A program made the translations under genes and the position numbers. A stretch of 64,000 nt of DNA from Oikopleura dioica (Eukaryota; Animalia; Chordata): contig OU015566.1 of assembly GCA_907165135.1 (NCBI GenBank), positions 14,446,001-14,510,000 of the forward strand, given 5' to 3'. Within the stretch, counting starts at the first letter, position 1, and every line of letters begins with the position of its first letter. Shown in pieces: positions 1 to 11,552 of the stretch. The notes under the pieces were generated by a model. It was not told the DNA's origin. It saw only the letters and a list, made by a program, of their open reading frames with translations, and ran no database searches.

Positions 1-3000
1 TAAAAACTCCACGTGCTCCATAAAAATTTCAACTTGAGGAAATCACTTTCACGGCCAAGTTCTCGTCATTGTCCAGAAATTTGGGAAGTCGTTACAAATA
101 ATGAAAAAAAAAACGAAACAATAAAAAAAACTTCATTTTTTCCAACAAAGAAGGAGGCTTTTTGCAACTTCCTCTTTCCCATGTCCGAGATTGAGGATTC
201 TTTTCTAGAAAGATAAAAAAATAACCATAAAGTTGGTTAGATTACATCTCATATGAATTTATAATGGAAAGGAAAGTCATGAACCTAGAATTTAATTTAA
301 TCTAATTTTGACGCCTCCGAAAATAGAGTAGAGAGAGAAATATGCTATTCTCATTAGCGGAGGTCCCTTATCACTGAAATCGACCGAAAACGAGCTCATT
401 CTTGACCTCCTGGTCTGAGAATAACAATCGAGAATGACGTCCCAGTGTTATCGACAGAAATCGTCATAATAAGCTCATCCCACGCTGCGCCCGATCAGCA
501 TTATTGCCTTTTTCTGCTGCTCTATAAAATTGACTCCAAAACTCGATAAGCGTCAATTGAATCTTCTGAATTGACTTCTGGAAACTTTCTATTTGCATTT
601 CAAAGTCTTAGAATCTTAAGCAAGCAATAATTTCGCAGTTTCGACAAGGAGTAAGACAAAACTCTGACACGATAATTGCATCCGCAAAGGAAGTGTTCTC
701 ACACTCGTTTGTTTTCCTTTCCTTCCTGTCCTTTTCTCGCTTGAGCTGGTTGATAAACGATAACGAATTATTCGAATTCGAAACGCTGCTGATAATTAGC
801 AGCGTAATTCGAGCTGGCTACAAGTTCCATTCCACTGCGCCTCCTTTTCTAGTGCTATTTTCCCAGGACTGACCCTTCCGGAAACTTCAAATTTGGAGAT
901 CGAAAGAATCGAGTTTTCGAGACGGTCGTAAATCGACCTGGTCGTTCTCAGAGTGTCGCTGCCAGCTTGATGAACTTTGTCTTGATTTTTTAGAATGCGT
1001 AAAAATGAACGTTCTCGTTTCTTATTTACGGCGTGTTACTTCAATAATGGATGGGCAAGACGCCCGATTTCCGGTGCATAATGGACAGACCTTTCCAATT
1101 CTTGTTTTTCATTAAAATTTTTCATAAGATTGGGGTGAGTAACACCCTTAAATTTGAAAATGTTAAGTAAGAAGTGGATAACGGTGGTATATCCTTAAGA
1201 AAAGTCGTAATCTTAAGGGTCCAACACTTGATTAAAACTTTTGAAATACTCACTTTGCCAGGGACACCCTTATTCGCTGAGATTTATCCGCTCAAAGTGG
1301 CGTCTCTTTAGGTGCCCCTCTCTTGGAAAAGAGGCAAATATTTAGGTGATCAAAACGGTAAAGAGGCCGCGTTTGAATCGGCGAAACCGCGAATTTACGA
1401 ATCATTATATTTGCAAGTACGTCCGGCCTCGAGTCCGTGATTTATCTTCAAGCCGGTTGAGAAAGAAAAATACGATCATGAGAAAGAGTGTTTTTTACAC
1501 TCTTGATAAAAAGAAAAGCCGAAAAATAAATTTGAATTGTGGAAATTAGAGTTTTTGTTTCAAATTTTCAGCGGCGAATTCTTTTGAAAAAATGATATTC
1601 AGATTAATTTTAGACGGATGAAATTATGTCTCACCGAAGGATGATGCTTTTAGACGTCAGAAGTCTTCGAGCCAAAAGTTTTCGAAGTGCGAAAAAGCTA
1701 AAGTAAGTTTCAGAGCAATACTTGATCAAAACGATCAAGTACCAATTCCCGAAGAAAAAGAAGTGGCACATGGAGAAGCACGTGATATCGTGATGGAAAG
1801 ATGGAAAATTTGGCCGAGCTCTTGTGGGAAATTAGAAGATCATCCTATAACTCGAGAGTGCTCGAGATCAAGGTCGTCAACTTATATCACACAGCTGTAT
1901 AAAACACTCTATTTGCCATCAACAACGAAAAACGGGTTCTCAAATAAATTTCGTCGAAAATTTTCTTTCAAGAAAAAAGTATCGTTTTGAAGAACAGATT
2001 TTCTCGATCAGAAATTGCGGAAATCGCTTGATCCGCCGCGTGTTCTTCAGACAAGCCATTTTCCGGAATTGAAAATTGCGCGAAATTCAAAACCGCTTGG
2101 CCGGCTCCGAAGACCCCCGCTGAGCTGAAAATGATCCGCGCTCTGATCCGCGCGATCTTTTACTTTTTTACTTTTTGGAAAGTAGTTCAAAGCGGCCGCC
2201 GCCCAGCGCCTTGTTTGATACAAAAGATGATTGCAAGAAAAAGTAAGATGGATTTTTTGCTGGAATCAGATGAGTCCGATTCTTTTTTGATTGATTTTCT
2301 TTGCTTGGAAATTGCTTTTCTCGCGCCAGAAGGTGATATTTGAGGAAATAATTCTTGTATTTTCCGTTAATTAATTTTCCAATAATTTGGTCAAATAACT
2401 TGAAGCGGTTAAACTTGAAAAAGGTCGAAAATCTCAACTTCGAAACCCAGGTCAACTTTTGCTTTTTGTCGAAAAGGATGGTTATTTTGCTTGAAAAGTG
2501 AGTTGGTTATTTGCAAACACCTGAGCACCGATGGTGAAAATCGATATTTTTACGTCCGAGGCCTATTTATGAGCTGTGGAAGAATCGTCCGTTGTTTGTG
2601 TTCTTGCCGCTCCCTGAGAAAACAAAGGATTAACTTTTAGTGCTGTTAACGGAAGCGCGTTTTCAATTTTCCCGACCGATGGGAAGTCGAAAGAGTCAGC
2701 TGAGGCAGTAAATTTTAGACCCGCGGGATGATAGGAACGCGAAGGTCAGTCTGATTCTCCTTTTTAAAGGGTGTCTCCTTAACAGGAAAGTCTTCTTTTT
2801 TTCATCTAGAATTTGAATTTCTTTATAAAAGAGCTTAAAAATGGTCAATTAGAGCTGATCTCCTTATATTAGCACTGACGCCCTTAAGAAATCTTTTATC
2901 TTAAGGGTGTATGAGATGATTCGACTCGAAATTCAATAAGCTTTCTTTTGGTGCAAAACTTTAAGGGTCTCCTAAATGATTTTAAGAAGCTACGGTCGCC

Positions 3001-3817
3001 TGAAATCTCCTGTTTTTGAGAAAATTGGCCGGTGAAATAGGTCAACCCCATTCAGAAAAAGTCCGCCTTGGCTCTTCAAGGGATTTTTGACATTTGCTTT
3101 TGTAACTTTCGAATAAAGTAAAGCTCAAGTTCTCGCTTTGATCTTGCTCGGCGTTTTCTGTTGAAGTTGGATTATGCTTTTTTTCACCAGACCCATTTTT
3201 GCCAATTTGGATCGGGCTGTGTTTGGGCACGCGCTTGATCAGTGTGACGGCTTGACGGAAAAGTGGACAATAGAACAGGGAGACCCTTAATGACTTGGAA
3301 AGTGGGTCGAAATTCTGGTACTTTCTTTTGATGCAAAAATTTGGCGTTATTGAAAAAATAATGAATTGATTTTTGCAATTTGCGGAGAAAATCCCTTTCC
3401 TTAAAAATGGTAAGCTTTGGGCACACAGGTAGCTGTCCAAAATCACGCCCGGAAATGTCCGGGGCAAATTTAAACTGGCCTTAGGCGAGTTATTCCGCGC
3501 TAATTCCTGCACATACGGAATTTTCTCGGAGCTAATTGTTCATCGATTTATTTTTAGATTTTGAAAATTTCTGAAATGAAAAAATTTTTGGGACAGAAAA
3601 TTTTAGATGGGATTAGCGGACGAGCAAATGGTGGAGGAGGAGGATTAGCGCGGATGAAGTCGCCAGGCGCATTGATTTTCTAGAAAAGCGCAACGGGAGT
3701 CGACAATCCTCTTCAGAATGTCACATCTCCCGCCGCGCTCTCAAGAAATTCAGGCTCAGAAAGGAAATTACTATAAATCTGGCTAAAGCTGCTTCAAGAA
3801 AAAAAAAGTTCAGTTAC

Positions 3818-4050
3818 TGTTTCTTTTTTAATTATTGGGGATCTCCGTTTCGTTTCAATAGCGAATATGCGGGATTTCAGCCAATCAGAAGCGAGATTTC
3901 TCTCTGTCTGCCAATAAAAAACCAAACCCCTGAAAAACCTCAGAGAGAGCTTCTTGAGTAGGGGATTTTTTGATTGGCGGAGACGAAAAATTCTTGCTTC
4001 TGATTGGCTGAAATCCCCAATAATCATCATAGAAACAGATCTGTCTTATC
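3818..4050. repeat. Imperfect inverted repeat (~230 bp, MITE-like) with CCAAT boxes in both arms
   Basis: GGGATTTCAGCCAATCAGAAGCGAGATTT (~3870-3900) mirrors AAATTCTTGCTTCTGATTGGCTGAAATCCC (~3990-4020); TTATTGGGGAT/ATCCCCAATAA also pair. Confidence 0.6.
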
Positions 4051-6726
4051 TTCGTCAGTTTTTTCTTCTTCAAGCGTTTTCTTCCAGCGTCGTAAATCGA
4101 CCTGTTGAATTTAATCTGCATTTTGGCATCCGGGACCACCATCGAGGAATTCGCGCCTTGCAGCTGATCATTTCGTTTTTATTGAGCTTGGATCCTTATT
4201 TTTTACACGACAGCTGCAGCGCTGACTTTTTATTGACACTTTTTATTGTAATTACTCGTTTATTTTTCATAAATAAACTATGATCGAATTTCGGTCGGCC
4301 AAATCATGTTTCCGTGTTTTCAAAATCGTCATAATCCGTCAATTATAAAACATAAGTCTGTTGCTATTTTTTCTGTTCCCACGCGGAGGGGGGCGAGTTT
4401 TTTACTGAATGGATATTTAGCTTATCGAAAATCAGCTTCATTTACTCGTGGATTTGTTCTCAGCTGAATTTCGAGGCGATTGGTAAGTAAATATCTTAAA
4501 TAATTCCGCCAAAGCCAGGTTGATAAACACTTCCTCAGAAGATGAAAAACTTCAAAGGAAAGAAACCCTCTCAGCCGGAAACCGGCGATTCAAAACTCGT
4601 GAGCGGAGGATTATGGCTTCATGCCCGCTTTTTTTTCATGCTCAAGTACTGTTTTTTGCTGATAAAGATGATGATGAAGAAGCGGCTCCTCGGATAAAGA
4701 AAAGTTAACAAATTTATACGATCTCGATTTCAATTTTTAATGCAAAGCATGACTCACAGCCGGTCCGTCTGACAGACAAAATCGTCTTAATGACCAGCTT
4801 TTGGAAATTACGATTCCTGGGCTGGAATCATAAATCTTGGATTTGGAGCTTTTTCAAGTTTAAAAATTCATGCAAAAATTGTCAGTCTCGGGCGTTACTT
4901 CTCACAGCTTCTTGAATTTATGCTACAGGTGCTAATTTTACTGTAATTGGCTTGGCAGTAAATCGTCGACAAGGACGAATTGCCGCTATAAAGAATCATG
5001 CCCTTGAGTGGCAATAAAGCTCAATTTCAAATTTCCATGAATAAAATTCCAAAAAGAATAAAGAAAAAAATCGATGCACTAACTACTCATTATCATTTAT
5101 ACATCTCGAGCTTGTTTAAATCACGTGTTTATGTATGCCAAGGCATTGTTCCCCTACCCCTTGGCAGGCAGATGCTCATGAGTGTCCACAGATGTTGGTG
5201 AAATAATATTCAAAATTTTCGTAGGTTTTTGGAGTTTTTTGGAGGAATAAATATTTGCGCCTCCTTTTGGGAAAAAAGATGATAATTAGGGAAGACTTGT
5301 GTACTTGAGCTTTGCGACTTGACATTCCAGGTGGCCAAAATAAAGAAATTACATGCACTTGGCCTTGCGGGTCACGTGAACGGCGGATTAGCCTAGTTTG
5401 GGGAAATATTTTGAGTACTTTTAGTGATTTTTTGGGTAATTAATGATTTTATGCAAACAGCATTTCGATCTTGCTTTTTGCTTTGAAATTTACCTCAACT
5501 GAATTGAGTCAACTCAAAAATTAAGGGAGTCAGTAAGTTCACAAAAAAAAAGTCCATGAAAACCTGATCGTCTATCTTTACTCCTTTGTCCGATAAAAAC
5601 TCCGGTAATGCGCCTTTTTATTGCACCCATAAACTCGGCATCCCTTTTTCTTATCTACCGTAATTGCTCGCTCTGCGCGAATTTCGGCACTTTCCGTCCC
5701 TCTTTTACTACACGATGGAAAGTTTTTATATCTCAAATAAAAGCCCCTGCCCACGTGTTGACAAGTTCCTGATTTTGTGATTTGAAGCCACTGAAGTCAG
5801 AATCGAATAACTTATTCATGCGTACGGAAACTGCTTTTGTATATTCTGGCGTATCATATCTTCCGCCGCACGTGCAATTTTATTTTCGGTGTTTTCAGCT
5901 GTTCCAACACTCGATTTTTCGAATCCTCGATCGCTAATTTTTTCATTCAGAATTCTTGGGCTTTTGATATTCTTTTCAAATGATGAAAAACATTCGATCG
6001 AGAAGTCGCTATCATAATCGCCATTTTCTTTTTGATTTTATTCCAAAAATAATTTTAACACCATCTTTTAGTAGCTTCTTCCAAAAACAGCTTGAGATAA
6101 TCCAAGATCAAGAAATTTGCAAAACTCGCGCTCTTCTTTGATCCGCCGCTATTTACCTTGCTCAAAAATTTCTAGCACCTTTTCCGTGTTTTCTTGACCT
6201 GAAGCTGTTTTCGCCCGTTTGATAAGAAATGCACTTTTTAACCTCTTGACATGTGTTGCGCAAAATAAGGGTTGAGGAGTTGAGGAGTTGTGTATTACAT
6301 AAAAAACGAGCTGCTTATTATTATTGGCGTCAAATACCGTTCTATTCAGCTCGGAAATAAAAAGGCGCATCATAAATCAGAGCGGCCCTTTGAAGTCGCC
6401 CGAATGTGCAAATTACCGCAAGAGCAAATACTATTCCAAACAAAATAAATTACAAATCGCCAAATTTCCAATTCGATTTTGTCAATTCAAAAATCTCAAT
6501 ATTCAAATCTCAACAAAGGGAGGGCTTTTATTGCCTTTGAAAAGTAGGTTTGAAGCGTTGAATTTTGGCAAAAGATTTTAATATCCGAAAGTCAATGGGG
6601 AGGAAATTGAGGACGAGGGGAGAAAGAGGGTTTTTGTTGAACTTGGCAACTAAAAAGAATAAATTTCAAGAAACGAAGCATAAATTTAGGGGCCGAAAAT
6701 AATCTCTCTTCCTTGATTTCAAGTGC

Positions 6727-7220
6727 TCACATAGTGACTGGTGAAGTAACTTCGACCTCGTTCTGGATCATCACGCACCAGAGACAGAAGAAGGAAAGCA
6801 AGCAGTCACTGAACTAGTGTTACTCTTACTTATCTTCTCTTAATTTACTTGATAGCTGAGCCGTCGATTCCCCGAAGCTGTCGAATCTCGCCACGCTGGC
6901 TGCAGGAAATGCAGCACCAGCTCTGAAAAAGTTTAGTCTTCCTTGATTTCTTTCGATTTGGAAGCTAACGATTGGCAAGCAGCAGGACAAAATACAAGTT
7001 GCAGTTCCCGACTGGCCCATTTTCTCAACAACAGCTTTGTGGGACAAACAAGGGCACCAGAAAGTCTTGCAGCAGATTCCGACATCCGAGCAGCAACTTT
7101 TTGCAAATATAAACGGCAAAACTTAACATATTTATTCAAATTTCATTCGTTCCTGAATAGCCCGCTTCGAAACTCCCCGGTAGGAGCTTTAAGCACTTTT
7201 GGCTGCTGCGTTACAGTCAT
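6727..7220 (-). CDS. PLAC8/cornifelin-family cysteine-rich protein, paralogue 1 (4 exons)
   Basis: Manual splice: MTVTQQPKVLKAPTGEFRSGLFS|CCSDVGICCKTFWCPCLSHKAVVEKMGQSGTATCILSCCLP..|WCCISCSQRGEIRQLRGIDGSAI..|DCLLSFFCLWCVMIQNEVEVTSPVTM*. The GLFSCC, CxxxFWCPC and GIxGS..DC..CxxCxxxQ pattern is typical of PLAC8. Intron 1 (7097-7152) is GA-AG. Confidence 0.85.
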
Positions 7221-7373
7221 TTTTGTCGAAAAGTAAAGTTGCTCTGAATGTAAAAATGAAGAAAAACAAAGAAAATCAGCAGAAATGCACCTCACACTCT
7301 TGTTAGAAATTTACTCAATGAGAAAAATGGAGACGTGGCGATTTTTTAAATTGTTTTATTTTATCCTTCAGCC

Positions 7374-8198
7374 GAGTGGAGGACTCTCGCCCAAGTGGAC
7401 TCTCGCCCAAGTGGACTCCCGCCCAAGATGGACTCCCGCCCAAGTTGGGCGAGAGTCCTTTGGGCGAGAGTCCATGTGGAAATTTTCAACAATGAGAAAC
7501 AGAAAGTTGGGCGAGAGTCCTCCACTCCAATTGTTAATGACTATTCAATGACAAAAGAAAGCAATGAGCTGTATATAATATATATGCAATGTACTTTGTA
7601 TAAATTAAAGTTAGGGTTAGGGGGCACTGGGCAAAATGACAGAACAACCTTACCCGAGGGGGATAGGCTAGGGTTAGTTAGGGTTACTGAAGGTAACCCT
7701 AAGTAACCCTAGACTAGACCCCGGCATCTTAGGACCTAAGGGGCGAAGCCCCGTGGTAAGGGGCAATTAGATTTGATAATTTCGGCTGAAAAGCGGTGCA
7801 GTAAGACTTACCTTCTCTTTCAACTTAGTCGAGGATAAGTACTTTTTGAGAGTTCCAGTTTTATTAGCAAAGGTCAATATTTTCTCACGTCAAAGAATTT
7901 ATGCTTTCGCTTATTTTGCTGGACAAACCGAAACTGGAACTCTCAAAAAGTGCTAATCGTCGACTAGGTTGAAAAGAAGGTAAGTCTTACTGCACCACTT
8001 TTGTCATTGAATAGTCATTAACAATTGGAGTGGAGGACTCTCGCCCAAGATCGGCTCTCGCTCAACTTTCTGTTTCTCATTGTTGAAAATTTCCACATGG
8101 ACTCTCGCCCAAGATGGACTCCCGCCCAAGTTGGGCGAGAGTCCTTTGGGCGGGAGTCCACTTGGGCGAGAGTCCACTTGGGCGAGAGTCCTCCACTC
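7374..8198. mobile_element. Non-autonomous MULE/foldback-like DNA transposon (825 bp)
   Basis: Long TIRs start GAGTGGAGGACTCTCGCCCAAG, with tandem GGACTCTCGCCCAAG subrepeats. Perfect 9-bp TSD CCTTCAGCC at 7365-7373 and 8199-8207. Extra internal hairpin at ~7787-7865/7930-8003. Confidence 0.85.
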
Positions 8199-8217
8199 CC
8201 TTCAGCCACTCCTCATA

Positions 8218-9062
8218 GGCTGCTCCTTGATCGCGCGGAATCCTGGATCGCGCGGATCCCGGATCGCGCGAATTCCTTGATCACGCGGATCGGGTGATTC
8301 AGGATTCCGCGCGATCCAGGATTTCGAATGAAATTGGAAATTCAATTTACAATTCTGCTTTTCTTATTAAAAACGGGTAGAAATGGTGTTAAACCATGTA
8401 ATAATTATCTTTTCAATGTAGAAATTTAAGAATATCAACTAAAAAGAACCTTCAACTAAATCTTCACTCAACTATTTTTGATTGTTTGATTTCCGGGACC
8501 TTCTTTTATACGCAGGGATTAGCAACGCTCAAGGTCCATTTGGAGGTGACAAATGGAAGGCAGTCCCGGATTTTTGCAGGAACAGAATAGAATAAATATT
8601 GAGAGCTACTCTTATTTTAAGTTAATTATCATAATTAACGATTCCCTTCATTTCCTTCTCTTGATTCTTTTCAAAACATTTCTCAAATATTTGTCTGACC
8701 CTGCGAAAATCCGGGACTGCCTTCCATTTGTCACCTCCAAATGGACCTTGAGCGCTGCTTATCCCTGCGTATAAAAGAAGGTCCCGGAAATCAAGCAATC
8801 AAAAATAGTTGAGTGAAGATTTCGTTGAAGGTTCTTTTTAGTTGATATTCTTAAATTTCTACATTGAAAAGATAATAATTACATGGTTTAACACCAGTTC
8901 TGGCCGTTTTTAATAACAAAAGCAGAATTGTAAATTGAATTTCTGATTTCATTCGAAATCCTGGATCGCGCGGAATCCTGAATCACCCGATCCGCGTGAT
9001 CAAGGAATTCGCGCGATCTGGGATCCGCGCGATCCAGGATTCCGCGCGATCCAGGAGCAGCC
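8218..9062. mobile_element. Non-autonomous MULE/foldback-like element (845 bp), near-perfect palindrome
   Basis: Arms ~8218-8580 and ~8700-9062 (start GGCTGCTCC, end GGAGCAGCC) around a ~120-bp spacer. GATCGCGCG subrepeats. 9-bp TSD CTCCTCATA at 8209-8217 and 9063-9071. Confidence 0.9.
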
Positions 9063-9522
9063 CTCCTCATATCTATTCAGTCAAATTAAACTCTTGAATT
9101 TCCGATTCCCATGATTGCCTGTATAACAATTGGTCGTTCACTGAAAGATAACTGTAATTCACAAAATCTTTGAAGCAAGAAAATCTAAAATTCCTAATTG
9201 GCAATAAATAAAAGAATTCTTGAGATTTGGTGGCGTCAATTTGACAGAAAGTGCTTGTCCCTGTCGCTTGAAGTCTTCTGAGAGGAACAATATTGACTGA
9301 GAACGAAATCGTGCTTGTTAGAAATTCGAAAGCGCACCGCACCCAGCACCTGGCAGGACTTTTCCTGTCAATTTTCTGACTCTCAGGGCTAATTTTTCTG
9401 TTCTAATGACCGAAGATCTTATGGAAGCGGTCATTTTCTTTCAAGTTATGAATTTATTTTCAGGAAAGACAGTAGTCAAAAAGAGATTGTATTTACTGTC
9501 AGTGTTGCTGATTTTTCTTGAA

Positions 9523-10041
9523 TCAGAATTGCTGATCATCAGCTTTTGGTGTAACTTCGACTTCGTTCTGGATCATCACGCACCAGAGACAGCAACAAGA
9601 CAGCAGAAAGTCCCTAAATCAGCCCTTTCAATTGTATTTTTCTGATTAACTTGCTTGAAAGCCGAGCCATCGATTCCCCGAAGCTTTCGAATCTGGCCTC
9701 TCTGGTTGGAGGAGATGCAGAACCACGTCTAAAAATATTTCAGCCTATTCTTGATCGTGCAACTAGAAATTTACGATCGGGCACCAGCAAGAAAGAAGAC
9801 AAGTTGCAGTTCCCGGCTGGTTCATTTTCTCATTCACAGCTTTATGCGAGAGACAAGGGCACCAGCAAGTCTTGCAACAGATTCCGACATCCGAGCAGCA
9901 GCTTTTCAGAATGATAAAAAAATTCATAGATAAGAATTCATCGTAAAAATTCTCATTAAAATTTCACTCGTTCCTGAAAAGTCCGTTTCGGAACTCGTTG
10001 CTCGGTCCTTTGAACTCTTCCGGCTGCTCAGTTACAGTCAT
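9523..10041 (-). CDS. PLAC8/cornifelin-family protein, paralogue 2 (4 exons)
   Basis: MTVTEQPEEFKGPSNEFRNGLFS|CCSDVGICCKTCWCPCLSHKAVNEKMNQPGTATCLLSCWCPI|TWFCISSNQRGQIRKLRGIDGSAF..|DFLLSCCCLWCVMIQNEVEVTPKADDQQF*. Same exon structure as paralogue 1; intron 1 GA-AG (9902-9973); intron 3 has a GC donor. Confidence 0.85.
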
Positions 10042-11407
10042 TTTTTCTTGCGAGACTGAAGTTACTCTGAAGATTAATGAAGAAAAAATGAAATGAGTCT
10101 TTCAGTTTGGTTCAAAATCGACTTACTGAATGGATATCCTTGCTGAGAAATTCTGTGCAATTATTAAAATCATTTATCAGTTCCGTTGACCACTCCCTAT
10201 ATTTATACAGTCGCCGTTAACTCAAGTATTTCCCAGATTCTTAGTCTTCCTTCTCCTTTGAAATTTCTAGTCAACAGTTTCAGACCACGAAGCGTGTTTT
10301 CTGCCGTCGATTTCGGACTCGGGTGTTCTTCTTTCTGCAGAAGGATGCTTGTACTGAAGTAGAAATCCCGAAGTTGACCGCAATGGACCCTATTAGAAGA
10401 CGAAACTGTGCTAAAATTGGAATGATGAATATTAACCCTGAAAAATGAAGAAGTATTATTTATAGCCTTGGCTCCCCGTCCGCTGGGACAACAACAACTC
10501 ATAAAAAGTTCATGCCTTTTCCTCCTCTCCAGACGCAAAGACTTAGACTGACTCATAAAAGACCTGCTTTCTGATTTTCGGACCAAAGTTGAATTTCAAA
10601 AAACAAAGAAAAAACAAAAGAATTTTTTATTTTATTATTTTGAATTCAAAGAAGAGAACCGAAACGAAAAGAAACGGTATGGTCATTTTTGGGTTATTTT
10701 TTGACAGGTTGTAATCTGATCAAAATACTCAATTATTCAAATTCATGACAAAAAACGCGTTATAAAAGCTTGTAAAGGTTAATCTGCAGACTGCGCGAAT
10801 TCGAGTAAACTTGACGGGCTGAAATACGCAAATCAGTTTGAATACTGAATAATTTAATTTGTGAAGCCGAATTCGAGAATGAAGCTAATTAGACTGGGCT
10901 TTATTTCGCAGTACATCAGAAGACTGCCCAGCTGATCATTTCAATGCTTTTTATAGTTTGATTTACGACGCTGAAGAAGTTTTGAACAAGAAGTTTCGAT
11001 TTGGGAGACATGGAAGAGATCAAGGAAAAAGAAGAGGAAGAAAAATGCTGAGAAAGACGTTTCTTCTTTTCAGGAAAGGATTTTTTCGCATAGATAATGA
11101 AAAACTTTCAATTCGAATTAGCTCTAGAATTTTTTTGAAGTTTGAAATTTCAAATTGTCGATTTGGCCATCAAATATCGGACATTTTTGTTGAGTTTGTT
11201 GTTAAATGCTTCAAAACACAATTCGAGAATTGACAAGACTGTATTGTCGATAATACAACTGTCAATACTTGTAAGAATCAATTTGATTGTAAGGAATCCG
11301 TAAAAGGCCGGGAAAGAAAAAGTACGATCGCGAAAAACGTCGGTCCCAGCGAATGAAAGACGTCTACGTAAGTACCTTTCAAACTGCCCAAGAGGTCGGC
11401 TCGGCAA

Positions 11408-11552
11408 CCTGTGTAAAAAACCTGAGTCAGGTTCTGAAGGGCTAAAATGAAAAACCGCGTAGAGGCTTTTTTAAGGGCGAAGGCGCTTCATAGCACTTAT
11501 CGCGGCTTTTGATTCAAGCTTTTCAGAACCTGACTCAGGTTTTCTAAACAGG
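11408..11552. mobile_element. MITE, CCTGAGTCAGG family
   Basis: TIR CCTGTGTAAAAAACCTGAGTCAGGTTCTGAA pairs with TTCAGAACCTGACTCAGGTTTTCTAAACAGG. The same termini recur at 26191-26413 and ~40010-40105. Confidence 0.7.

Noticed and set aside
1-6700. Short ORFs in the first 6.7 kb
   Set aside because: AT-rich, mostly with non-ATG starts and no recognisable protein motifs; treated as intergenic or intronic DNA.
7285-9070. Short ORFs over the foldback elements
   Set aside because: Translations of TIR subrepeats; no transposase motifs.
10203-10586. 127-aa minus-strand ORF
   Set aside because: No recognisable domain or paralogue; cannot be supported from sequence alone.
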